This document shows, in pieces, positions 11,301 through 22,160 of a DNA stretch of 64,000 bases. This DNA comes from Cetorhinus maximus (taxonomy: Eukaryota). The first letter of the stretch is position 1. The number at the start of each line of letters is the position of its first letter. Both the position numbers and the translations under genes were made by a program. A model generated the notes under the pieces. That model was not told the origin of the DNA, ran no database searches, and saw only the letters and a list, made by a program, of their open reading frames with translations. The DNA lies in assembly GCF_964194155.1 (NCBI RefSeq), contig NC_135893.1, positions 84,754,001 to 84,818,000 of the forward strand, in the 5' to 3' direction.

Positions 11301-12996
11301 CACCTCAGTCCTACCCTTTATTCTGAGACTGTGTCCCCTGGTTCCTAGAAGCTCAGCCCAAGTGAATCATCCCTTCCTGCATCAAACCTGTCCAGCCCTG
11401 TAAGATTTTTGTATGCTTCAAAGGAGATCACCTCCCCAAGCTTCTAAACTCTAGGGTGGGGCTTAAACCTCCAAACACCTGGTTCAGGGGCAAAACAAAA
11501 ACAGAATTACCTGGAAAAACTCAGCAGGTCTGGTAGCATCGGCGGAGAAGAAAAGAGTTGACGTTTCGAGTCCTCATGACCCTTTCAACAGAACTGAGTA
11601 ATATTAGGAGAGGGGTGAAATATAAGCTGGTTTAAGGTGGGGGGATGGGGGGAGAGAAGTTGGGGGGGGCGTTGTAGGGACAAGCAAGCAGTGATAGGAG
11701 CAGATAATCAAAAGATGTCACAGACAAAGGAACAAAGAGGTGTTGAAGGTGGTGATATTATCTAAACGAATGTGCTAATTAAGAATGGATGGCAGGACAC
11801 TCAAGGTACAGCTCTAGTGGGGGTGGGGTGGAAAGACTAACAGGGCATTAAAGGTATAGATTTAAAAATAATGAAAATGGGTGGGAAAAGAAAAATCTAT
11901 ATAAATTATTGGAAAAAACAAAAGGGAGGGGGAAGAAATGGCCACTCCATTTATGTTAGTGACCTCTTCAAAGAAATTCACCACCTTTGTTAAAAAATAG
12001 CAATAAAGTTTGAAAAGTAACAATTAAGAAGAAAACATTAGTGACAGAGCCTTAAAATACGCAGTTGAGGTGGAGACAGGTGATACTCTATTGTTGATGA
12101 ATATAAATATTACATTTGGAACTGGTAACAGGATAAAATCACATTTTAAAAAGACATTATCTTCATGTCAAATAGAGAGCTGCACAAACATATTATTGAC
12201 ACGCACATAAAAAAAGGGAAAACCGCATCAAAACACTCAAGTGACTAGAACAGCCCACATTTCTACAGCCTCTTTCCACAGTGTCAGAAAGGCTGGGAGC
12301 AGAAAACTAGACGAAGGGACGGTGAGTGGGATCGATGAGGAAGGAGAGCGGGGCAGGTAACCAACCCAACTCGATCACAGGGTTATTTCCCAAAAGATGC
12401 TGCGCGACCGAAACCAGATGGTGCGTTTCAGCCTCAAGTACATGAGCGTCTCCTCCAGGCGGCCCGCTTCTCTCGCCCCTCAAAGAAAAGTTTGATCAAA
12501 CTGTTCCATGAAGACATCTTTTTTTTTTTCACCCCGTTTGAAAGAGATCTGGTCTGAATCTGGATTTAACAGGTGGGCCCTTTCACACAACATCACATCA
12601 CACAGAGCAACACGAATGACTGCATTTCCGCATTGTCAAATCAAACAAGGGAACCGCTGTTGACACCCGAATAGAGCTCACCCTCGGTGCTCACATTTAA
12701 AACTCATCATTAAATCAGAACAGTTCAAGGGACGCTCGACTGAATCTTTAACCGTGCAATTACCAGGAGGAAGAATTCGACTCCAATTTCCACACTGCAC
12801 TCATGCCTGGCGAGGTTAGACACAAGGGGCTGTTATGTGTTTCTAACTGGAGATCCCTGGTGCACGATCAGCCCCCCGCCGCCCCGGGTAAAGGTTCGTT
12901 CACTAACTCCACATCCTTACAACTTACCACAACCCCGGCCACGGCATGGACAAGGGTCTCGTAGGAAGCGAGCGGGGACCCGGCAGAGGCCTTCAT
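2301..12996 (-). CDS. SLC25A17: SLC25A17/PMP34-like peroxisomal solute carrier, exons 1-7 (3' partial)
   Basis: Exons 12928-12996, 10499-10559, 6723-6789, 5815-5969, 4313-4429, 2604-2749 and 2301-2396 splice in frame (711 nt, all GT-AG). Carrier motifs [16 protein letters not shown] and PLQIVQAI match PMP34. Probably the '-like' paralog rather than the true ortholog. Confidence 0.92.
2604..2749 (-). CDS. SLC25A17: SLC25A17-like exon 6
   Basis: [49 protein letters not shown]; 146 nt. Confidence 0.92.
2925..3300 (-). mobile_element. CR1-like LINE 3' fragment
   Basis: Decayed CR1 3' end with tail similar to other copies. Confidence 0.55.
4313..4429 (-). CDS. SLC25A17: SLC25A17-like exon 5
   Basis: [39 protein letters not shown]; 117 nt. 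Confidence 0.93.
4960..5525 (+). mobile_element. L2-like LINE 3' fragment interrupted by a Penelope terminal element
   Basis: Similar to 44370-45340; tail ending atacaaatacaagttgt. Confidence 0.55.
5042..5190 (+). mobile_element. Penelope-derived terminal mini-element with 5' inversion
   Basis: 13-bp TSD gtatcaagtcttg (5029-5041, 5191-5203); matches the 3' end of 7040-9347. Confidence 0.85.
5683..5768 (+). mobile_element. Penelope-derived terminal mini-element with 5' inversion
   Basis: 15-bp TSD tctggacacagggca (5668-5682, 5769-5783); 17-bp inverted repeat. Confidence 0.85.
5815..5969 (-). CDS. SLC25A17: SLC25A17-like exon 4
   Basis: [51 protein letters not shown]; 155 nt. Confidence 0.93.
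6723..6789 (-). CDS. SLC25A17: SLC25A17-like exon 3
   Basis: (V)[21 protein letters not shown]; 67 nt; GTGAGT donor. Confidence 0.92.
7040..9347 (+). mobile_element. Penelope-like retroelement (RT + GIY-YIG endonuclease), 5'-truncated, frameshifted
   Basis: RT motifs [21 protein letters not shown] and YIDD (ORF 7091-8104). GIY-YIG motif [15 protein letters not shown] (ORF 8450-8857). 14-bp TSD tacattaatatatt at 7026-7039 and 9348-9361. Confidence 0.93.
10499..10559 (-). CDS. SLC25A17: SLC25A17-like exon 2
   Basis: ttttctgcag acceptor; [20 protein letters not shown]; 61 nt. Confidence 0.92.
11062..11455 (-). mobile_element. CR1 LINE 3' end
   Basis: Matches the 3' end of the 29118-31567 copy. 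Confidence 0.8.
11492..11940 (-). mobile_element. Penelope-like 3' terminal (pLTR) fragment
   Basis: Reverse-complement homolog of about 8900-9320. Confidence 0.8.
11556..11595 (-). ncRNA. Minimal type I hammerhead ribozyme-like motif (Penelope-associated)
   Basis: agtt-CTGTTGA-aa-gggtc-atgag-gactc-GAAA-cg-TC-aact: stem I, core, stem II and a palindromic stem III. The core is non-canonical and activity is untested. Confidence 0.55.
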
Positions 12997-14050
12997 TATC
13001 GCTCCAGCAAACGAAGGCAAAGACTGCCCGCCAAGTCAGCGGAGAGGAGAGACACTTCCTCCAACACCGGCTCCTCCCACTTGCAAACAGCCCACACCCT
13101 TTACACCACATCCCCGGGAAATACTCCCGGCAAGCGCCTGACTCCCCAAAACCCGAGTGCAGACACAACTGGGCGAGATGTAAACCCACTGGCACAGTTA
13201 AAATCGGACCCAGAGTTTTCCAGTAAAAACCCATTGACCAACCAAAGTGTGGTTATAGATGCAGCAATTTAGCCACAGACACTAAATTGGGGGGGAAAAA
13301 AACACACACAAGTGTATATTCCCCATGTGTTACTTGTGACCAGCACCAGCGACCAAGGAAATAATGCAGCCAAAATAAAAAATACACTCAGGTGCTCTAC
13401 TTTTCATCTTACAAACGCACTCAGGGTTAAAGTTTACCCGGTACCATATATCTATTGTTTATTTCTCACTTATTAGAAACGGAATCAGCCGCCTCTGGCT
13501 GGTGAACGGCAAAGCAGGGGAGAAAGAAATGTGTTTAAAAAGATTGAGAAGAAAGATTGCGTTTCGGACACTTTCAAAAGATTCGCAGCCGCACAACCTC
13601 ATCTTCATTTATTTTTCAAAGATGCAAAGTGTTGGAATTCGGAAACAACAATGGCAGAAATAGGGGTAGGAGCAAAGGACGGCCATTCGGCCCATCGAAC
13701 CGGTTCCGCCATTCAACGCCGCGGAAAATGCTGCAAATATACGGCAGATCAGTCAGGATCTGGGAGAAAATACACAGTAACTCTCGACGAGGGGCTATAG
13801 AGACATTAATCTATTTTTCTCTTTGCTGGAGATACAAGACCCCCTGACCCAGGGGCTGTTGAACTTGCAAACCAGGAGCACAGAGTTACTTGTAAAGACC
13901 CCCTAAACAGCAGTCGGTACCGGGAGAGGTCAGTGTGAATCACCCCCGCCCGCCCGATGCAATGGCCCCATCCCCCCTCACGCGGCTGGCTGCATCAGCG
14001 GAGCCGATAACTTGCATTTACTTAGCGCCTTATGCAACCACAAAGCGTCC
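12300..14050. promoter_or_regulatory. CpG-enriched promoter region of SLC25A17-like, head-to-head with ANKS4B
   Basis: Visibly higher CpG density around exon 1; start codons at 12996 (-) and 15165 (+) diverge. Confidence 0.55.
12928..12996 (-). CDS. SLC25A17: SLC25A17-like exon 1
   Basis: [23 protein letters not shown] followed by donor GTAAGT; lies in a CpG-rich region. Confidence 0.9.
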
Positions 14051-15041
14051 CAACCCATTTCACAGCCAAAGAAGTACTGCTGAAGTGTAGCCACTGTTGT
14101 GGTCTAACCCGGTGTCCAATCTGCACACAGCAAGGTCCCACAACCAACATTCACTAAAACCCCTTATCTGGTCACTATCACATGGTGGGAGTTTAGCCAG
14201 CTGGCTGCTGTTTCCTAATTCAGTGGCCGCACTTCAAAAAGTGCTTGTGAGAAATTGGTTGTACAGGAAGGGCTTAGGAACGTAAAAAGTGCTATTTAAA
14301 TATCTTTCCACTATAGGCTGCATTTACTTTCTGTGCCATGTTGGGAGCCCCTGAAATACTGTGCAGTCACTTGAGTGTTGCTTGCCTAGTTTGACATGGA
14401 CGGGGTCTCCCTATTCAATGACTGAATCCGTCTTTAATGGTTCACTGACCACCGCCCCCTCCCCTTCCCCCTCCCGTGGATCTCTGGCTGCCAGCGGCTG
14501 CGTCCGCACAGAAGAATATAATTATGAATATGAATTCATTATGCTTCTCAACCGGAATAATTTACTGCACTACAAGGACATCGAATGGAAAAAGAATTTC
14601 CAGTCTTGACATCAGCCTATAATCCAAAGGTCGGTGGGTGTTATAATGTTATTGCTCTTTAAGGTCGTTCCGCCCTTTCTAAATCAAAATGAATAATGCA
14701 AATAAAATGACACAAAAAAAAACCCCTGCTGAGGATTCAGTTGCAAATATTAGAGACACAACTGATGCAAAATAGCGAGAACGTTGCATTGTGGAAAAAA
14801 ATCGCAAAAGCAAATCAAGTTCCTTTTTCCAGATGAACAGACATTGCGAGCGACCTCTGAAATGTGCAAACACATCAACTCATTTGTTTGCAATTCAGTT
14901 TAAAACGACAAATGGTTCCTTTCTTTTTGCAAAATGCGCCTTTTGCCAAACAAAAAGAAATATTGTGCTGAAGAACCGCGGGAAACAGGACCTGAGATTA
15001 GTTTGCCAGCTGGGCTACCTTAAATTGCAGTTCCTGGCGAG

Positions 15042-15054
15042 TGGACTTTGTCCT
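15042..15054 (-). promoter_or_regulatory. HNF4 DR1 element in the ANKS4B proximal promoter
   Basis: TGGACTTTGTCCT (reverse complement AGGACAAAGTCCA) contains the HNF4-type CAAAGTCCA, about 110 bp upstream of the ATG. Confidence 0.65.
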
Positions 15055-15164
15055 TAATGTCCCAGTTTGGGCGGTGCCGCTACATCTCTGGGTTCTCTCA
15101 CTCACTGGCTGCTTGGCTCCTGATGCTTGCAGTGTGTGCGGGGGGCAGCCTGAGGATTTGAACC

Positions 15165-15328
15165 ATGTCTGACAGGTACCACAAGGCAGCTAGGGATGGA
15201 TACCTCGGCCCCCTTAAGGAGGCCACCAGGAGGGATCTCAACAATCCGGATGAGGATGGGATGACCCCGACCCTTTGGGCGGCGTATCACGGGCATCTGG
15301 AGGCTCTTCAGCTCATCTGTAGCAGAGG
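15165..15328 (+). CDS. ANKS4B: ANKS4B exon 1
   Basis: accATG; [55 protein letters not shown]; GTGAGT donor. Confidence 0.93.
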
Positions 15329-18300
15329 GTGAGTGTCAAAACCTGGTTCTCAGACTGTCATTCATGTTTTTTCTTGTCTGGTGATGCATGGGTTCTGGCA
15401 TGTCGGCTGTTTCAGAGGGTAACACTCTCGCCTCAAAAGGAGTCAAAAGGTCGTAGGTTCAAGATACCCTCAAAAGGCTTGAGCACATAACCCAGCCTGA
15501 GCAGCACTGAGGGAGTGCTGCATTGCCGGAGGTGCCGTCTTTTAGATGAGACTTTAAACCAAGGCCCCATGTGGCCCCTCAGGTCGATGTAAAAGACCCC
15601 ACAGTACTATTCTGAAGAAGAGCAAGGGAGTTATTCCAGGTGTTCTGTCCAACATTTATCCCTCAGCCAACAGCACAAAACCCTTCTATAACAACACTTC
15701 CAACACATCTTCCTTTGTCGTCAGCCAAGGATTCACCCGCCCCACTGTGTTTGACATGGATCCTCAACCATGTCCGACCCATTTCCTGCGCTTCTGCCCT
15801 CACCCCTTCCTAGAACCACGATGGGGCCCCCTTGTCCTCACTTTACACCTCACAAGCCTCCTCATTCAAAGGATGTATCTGCCACCAAATCCAGCATGAT
15901 GCCACTACCAAGCACATCTTTCCCCTCCCCTCCCCTGCCCTGTCAGCATTCCAAAGGGACTACTCCCTCTGCGACATCCTGGTCCACTCTTCTATCACGT
16001 TCAACACCTCGTCCCCTTCCTAAGGCACCTTCCCATGCAGACACAGGAGGGATAACAGCTGCCCCTTTACCTCCTCTCTCCTCACTATCCAAGGCCTCAA
16101 ACACTCCTTCCAGGTGAAGCAGCGATCAACTTGCACTTCCTTCAATTAGGTCTACTGTATTCGCTACTCATAATATGGTCTCCTCTACATTGCACTTCCG
16201 TCTGAGCATGGATTTTGCTCTCCCGGGCCCAGCAGCCACTTTCCACGGCCTTGCCAATGCAATCCGAGGTGCATTGCCCTTAGCCGCCTTCCCGGCCGGC
16301 TTCGGGACTTTCCCGGGGCTCCAACTGGGGCAAATCCGGTCCCTCAGGTGAGGGGGAGCCGTCCCCGGGCATGCCCAGGCTTCAGGCCACTGCTTTTCAA
16401 GCCCAACCAAAAGACGGGAAAAATGCCGAAAATGCACAAAAATGGCCGCCCGGCAGGGCCTCGCGGTCGGTTTGGCGGCAGCCTTGGTCGGTCCCTGCAG
16501 ACCTGGAGGCTCGAGAAGGCACTTGGTGCTGTTGACTGAATCTTGATTTGCCACCTCCTACTAATCTGCAGATATTGGAAGTCGGACTAGGACCACTTTG
16601 CAGAACAGCTGTGCTCAGTCCACAAGCATGACCCTGACCTTCCGGTTGCTCGCCATTTTAATTAATCATCTTGCTCTCATGCTCACATTTCTGTCCTCGG
16701 CCTGCTGCAGCATTCCAGTGAAGCCCAACACAAGCTGGAGGAACAGCACCTCATCTTCAGGCACTGATCAGGCACTTTACAGCCTTCTGGACTCAACACT
16801 GAGTTCAACAACTTCAGAGACCATGAATGCTGTCCTGAATTTTAATTCCCCCCCCCACCCCCCCACCCCAAGTGCCAGTGTGTATCTAGTTCGGACTGAG
16901 CTGACCTTTGTTCTGCTATTTACACCTACTCTGGACTAAACCTTTGTTTCTTTAATACTATCATTACTGCTCCCTTTGCCTTTGGTTCCATGACATCTTT
17001 GCCATTTAGTCTCCCCTGCCCTCTAACTCTAACCAATCCCTGACCTCTTTTGCTCCACCTGTCCCTCTGCCCCTTTTTAACAGTATAAAACCCATTACAT
17101 TCCTCCTTCTCTTCAGTTCTGAATAAGTCATATTGGACTCAAAATGTTAACTCTGTTTCTCTTTCCACAGATGCTGCTAGACCTGCTGAGTTTTTCCAAC
17201 ACTTGTTTTTATTTCAGATCTGCAGCATCTGCAGTATTTTGCTTTTATCACAAAACATTATCTGGTCATTATGTCATTGCTTTTTGTGGCACAAATTTAG
17301 CAGCCAAGTTTCCTATATTACAACAGTGACCACACTTCAAAAAATCCTTCATTAGCTGGGAAAGTGTTTGGGACATCTTGAGGTTGTGAAAGGCTCTATA
17401 TAAATGCAAGCCTTTCACTATTTAATTTTACAAAGAACAGTTTAATCATTGTTATTTTTAAATATTTGCATGTTTTACATTTGCTTTCCAATGTTTCCTT
17501 TATTGGTTGGGAACTAATTTTGTAAATGTGTTTTGAAATGACAGACATTGAGAGAACTGCTACAGGTTATTCAAGGTCTAAGTTGACAAGCTTTCCTTAA
17601 ACCATGTGTCATTTGGGGTAAAGAAGCAGACACAAAAAAACCCCAGATATTTTTGGAAACAAACAGTAGGTCAGTTTGTAGAAAGAAATTATGTATTAAT
17701 ATTTCAAGGGTGTGGCCCTCATCAACATGAATTGATGCCACAACCCAAGTCATGGTTCAGTGTTGTCTGCCTATGTCATTGCTAGTAGTAATTGTAAATA
17801 GATAGAAGTTATTTCCCGTCACTGTCAATACACACAAACCTGAGGGTTCAAAGTGTATAACCATTCCAGTCACACCCTGGGAGAAAGAAAAAACGAAATA
17901 TTGGCATTTATGATAGCACTGTCAACCACAACCTCAGGTGTTCCAAAACGCTTTACAGTCAATGAAGTAATTTATGATGTGTGGTCACTGTTGTAATGTA
18001 CAGATCGCAGTAGCCAAGTTACAGCCAGCAAGCTCCCACAAAGAGCAACAGGATAATGACCAGACAATCTGTTTCAGTGATATTGGTTGAGGGATAAATA
18101 TTCACCAGGACACTGGGAAGAACTCCCCTGATCTTCTTTGAATAGTTCAATGGGATCATTTACATCCACCTAAGAAGACAGACAGGGCCTTGATTTAAAT
18201 CTCATCTGAAGGACTGGCACCACTGACAGTGCAGCACTCCCTCAGTATTGCAATGGCTTATCAGCTTGGATTTAAGTGCTCAGGTCTCGAGTGGGATTTG

Positions 18301-19934
18301 AACCCACACCTTCTGACTTAGAGACCAGAGTGCCAAAAACTTTAATTAGTGGACACAGTCTGTCTCACAAGTTGTTAAAAGTGTTGAAAGTGTCTAGTAG
18401 AATTCATTGTCTTGCTCAGTTTGACACTTGTCTAGGCTAAGGCCTCAGCCTGCACTGAGTGAGCTGGCCTTTGTTGACTTTGATCTGGTTGGGAAATTGG
18501 TGAAGCTACTGTTGGCTTCAGCAGCCCTGGAGAGAGGGGAAGTCAGCCTCTTTTCTGCTTCTGATCTTTTTGGAAGCCTGTCAGTGCAGGTCACAAGTTA
18601 GATCAGGCTTGGCCATGATCCAGGTTAAAGTGTCAAGAATGTCCACTTGGGTAAAGTATCAGAGGGCCAGAGCCCAATATGTGTCACCAGCTCCAGGAAA
18701 AGATGGGTAAGGGGATAAAGTTAGAGAGGCTGCACCAAAAGACTTGCTGCATATTGTAAAACCCTGTACTAAATCAACTCTTTGTGGTTTGCCTTTCAGA
18801 GGCGATCCTGACATATGCGACATCTGGGGCAATACCCCCTTGCACCATGCTTCAACCAATGGCCACCTTCACATTGTCACTTTCTTGGTCAACTTTGGTG
18901 CAAACATTTGGGCTTTGGATAATGATTTCCATTCTGCCATGGATGCTGCAGCCAATAAGGATCGAATGGAATGTGTCCGCTTCCTGGACACAGCTGCCAC
19001 CAAGCAAACCATCATGAATCCTAAACAAATCGCCAGGCTAAAGGAGAAGGCGATAAAGGACAGCGAAAAACAGATCAAAGTGTGTGAAAGACGCAAGAAA
19101 AAGCACCAAAATCGGATGAACAAGAAATATAGCCAGGAGATGGAAGGCCAAAGGAATGGTGCTGCCCCCGTACAGAGTGGGACTGTATCTAGTGTCAGTG
19201 ATCTTTTCAAAGCAGGTGGATCACAACGCATAGGTGGCATTTCTTCCATCATGAAAGGATCCCTGCAGAAGAGACTTAAGAAGAAGGATAACAGCAAAAG
19301 CATCATGGAGCAGCAACTAGGAAAGGATGTCATCTTTGTCAGTCAAGAAGGGAGCAGTGGGATTCGGGCCAATGTATTGGATGTGTTTAATGAAAGAGAT
19401 GAGGAGAATGCAGCCTCCCTCGATTTGAAGTGCTCTGAACATGATAATAATTTTGGCCATGAGTCTCTCTTCAATCGACCTGGTTTGGGGAATATGCTTT
19501 TCAGAAGGAATTTTGTCTTGGGTTTGAATGTGGAAGAGGAAATGTTCAGCAACAATGAGGTGGAAGATGTTGGTTCCAAATTGCGTAATGAAGTATTGAA
19601 TCCCAAGGAAAATTTTACCGATCCTGAAACCTTTCATGGATTCAATGAAGAACAGGAAGATGATTTGCCCTGGAATGAGGATGATATAGGTCTAGATGAT
19701 GACGAGCCTGAGACAACGCCACTTGAAACTTTCTTGGCATCTCAGAACATGACAGAGTTCATCCCGATCCTGGCAAGAGAGCAGATTGACCTGGATTCCC
19801 TCATGCTGTGCACTGATGGAGATTTGAAAGGCATCCATCTGCCACTTGGACCACGGAAAAAGATTATTTCTGCAGTGGAAAGAAGAAAATTAATCTTTGA
19901 AACACCAAACAAACTAGTGGATACCGTATTGTAA
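15165..19934 (+). CDS. ANKS4B: Ankyrin repeat and SAM domain protein 4B (432 aa, 2 exons)
   Basis: Exons 15165-15328 and 18800-19934 give 1299 nt. N-terminal ankyrin repeats, C-terminal SAM domain and PDZ-binding tail VDTVL. Tail-to-tail with CRYM as in mammals, which favours ANKS4B over USH1G. Confidence 0.92.
15410..17415 (+). mobile_element. Deu-domain tRNA SINE split by a Penelope-like insertion (15682-17248)
   Basis: SINE halves at about 15410-15681 and 17249-17415; TSD cacaaaac; the insert has GIY-YIG remnants and the pLTR tail. Confidence 0.8.
16193..16583. mobile_element. Unclassified GC/CpG-rich insertion inside the Penelope fragment
   Basis: Interrupts the GLLYIG codons; absent from the homologous position (about 8600) of the 7040-9347 copy. 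Confidence 0.65.
17900..18340 (-). mobile_element. Deu-domain (AmnSINE/SacSINE-like) SINE
   Basis: Core gtgcagcactccctcagta, tRNA-like head and L2-like tail. Further copies near 20095-20330, 32170-32480, 34850-35210, 53190-53590, 57650-57890 and 60915-61130. Confidence 0.8.
18800..19934 (+). CDS. ANKS4B: ANKS4B exon 2
   Basis: cctttcag acceptor; [15 protein letters not shown]...LGPRKKI...VDTVL-stop. Confidence 0.95.
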
Positions 19935-21044
19935 GTATCACAGTGTTAAAAACATATAGTGATGTTTGCTACCCAGTTAGAGATGTGTTGTGTTCTCCAT
20001 TAATAAGTATTAAGTACCATTTATTCATTACATCCTTCTTCATCTAAGGATATCTGCAGCCAAAGGGCAAAAGCCTTTGTGACTTCAGTAATACTATAAG
20101 GTAGTTCAGTTGGTAGCACTCTCACCTCTAAGTCAGAAAGCTGTAGGTTCAAGTCCCACTGCAGGACTAGACCATTTAATTGAGACTCAGTCCAATGCCA
20201 TACAGAGGAAACTGAGGTGCCGGGTTTCAGATAGGATGTTAAACCAAGACCTCTTCTCTCTTCTCAGGCAAACGTAAAAAATTCCACAGCCACTTTTTGA
20301 AAAAGAGTGAGATCCTCACAGCTGACTCTAGCCTACACTGTTTGGTTGACTCTTATTGCCTGCTGAAGTAAGCAAACTGCAGTGTTTCAGAAAGAAGCCA
20401 GCTCACCACCACCTTGTCAGGGCAGTTAGAGATGGGCAATCATTGCCAGCCTTGCCAGTGATGCCCACATCCCAAGAACAAATAATAATAAAAAATGTTG
20501 CATCAGTTTCTGCCTCTACTCAGGAGTTTCAGGAGAACATTGGCCTCATTCAATCATCTGATGATACTCTGTGTGTCAGGTTGCTGGGTTTCATGTGGCT
20601 GTGAGCCAGAGATGCATCTTTCTAAACAAGCATCTCTGGAACCTCAACCTATGGGTTCTGGATTGGAACTCCTTTGGTGAGATGATGAAAGTCATGCAAT
20701 GTTTTTCATTACACCCCTATTATTTATGCCCAAAATATCCTACCTCTTTGACTATGCTCAGAAACAGAGGCAGTGGAGAGAAACCTGATAGAAATCGCCA
20801 TAACAGTCCATGAGAAAAATCAAAGCAGTCTGGAGTCAAACCAAACAGAGGGAGAAAATAACGCAAACAAAAATAGGCAAAGGAAGGTAAGACACAAGAG
20901 ATAAGTGACCCTATGAAAGAGGACAACGTATCTCTTGTGTCTCAGGTAAGGTATTAAGCCATAACCTCAGCCACAAGATATAGAATACATCCAAGCCTGC
21001 GAGAACCATATCAGAACCAATTTACAACAGCTTATAACTCACTC

Positions 21045-22160
21045 GGGTGAGGTAAGAGTGACTGCCCTTGATATTAAGGCAGCATCTGACCAAACGTAGC
21101 ATCAAGGAGCCCTAGTAAATTGAGGTTATTGGGAACCAAGGAGAAAACTCTCCACTGGTTAGAGTCATACCTAGCACAAAGGAAGATGGTTGTGGTTGTT
21201 GGAGGCCAATCATCTCGGCTCCAGAACATCACTGCAGGAATTCTTCGGGGTAGTGTCCTAGGCCCAACCATCTTCAGCTGCTTCATCAGTGACCTTCCCT
21301 CCATCATAAACTCAGTGGGGATGTTTACTGATCATTTCACAGTGCTCAGTACCATTTGCAACTCCTCAGATACGGGAGCAGTCCATGTCCAAATGCACCA
21401 AGACCTGGAACATTCAGGCTTGGGCTAATAAGTGGCAAATCACTACTCACAGTTGCCAGGCAATGACCATTTCCAACAACAGAGAATCTAACCATCTCCC
21501 CTTGACATTCAATGACATAAACATCGTTGAATCCTCCACCATCAACATCCTGGGGATTACAATTGACCAGAAGCTGAACTGGTCAGCCTTATAAATACTG
21601 TGGTGACAAGAGCAGGGCAGAGACTGGGAATTCTCCAGAGAAACCAACTTCCTGACTCCCCAGAGCCTGTCCACCATCTACAAGGCACAAGTCAGGAGTG
21701 TGATAGAATAACCTGCACTTGCCTGGATAACTGCAACTCCAACAACACTGAAGAAGCTCCACACCATCCAGGACAGCCCACTTGATTGGTACCTCACCTT
21801 AATCATTCACACCCTCCACTACTGGTGCACAATGTTACCATTTACAAGATGCAATGCAGCAACTCGCCAAGCCTCCTTCAATAGCCTCTTCCAAACCTGC
21901 AACCTCTACCACCCAGAAGAACAAGAACAGCAGGTGGATGGGAAAACCACCACCAGCAAGTTCCCCTACAAGTCACACACCATGCTGAACTTGGAAGTAA
22001 AACGCCGTTCCTTCACTGTTGCTGGGTCAAAATCCTGGAACTCCCGCCATTAGTCCTGTGGGTGTACCTACACCAGATCGACTGCAGCAATTCAAGAAGG
22101 CAGTTCATCACCAGCTTCTCAAGGGAATTTAGAGATGGGCAACAATTTCCAAACATCCTA
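21045..22160 (+). mobile_element. LINE RT-3' fragment, same family as 1-2283
   Basis: WLESYLAQRKMVVVVGGQSS...GSVLGPTIF; family tail gatgggcaa. Confidence 0.85.

Noticed and set aside
12837-13847. Several 90-130 aa ORFs in the promoter region
   Set aside because: Expected in GC-rich sequence; only 12928-12996 (-) matches a known protein
18440-18680. Possible additional old SINE family (also near 26770-27000 and 47700-48000)
   Set aside because: Too degenerate to define boundaries or family by eye
18744-18799. ORF-track N-terminus MLHIVKPC... of the 396-aa ORF
   Set aside because: Intronic read-through; the real N-terminus is exon 15165-15328
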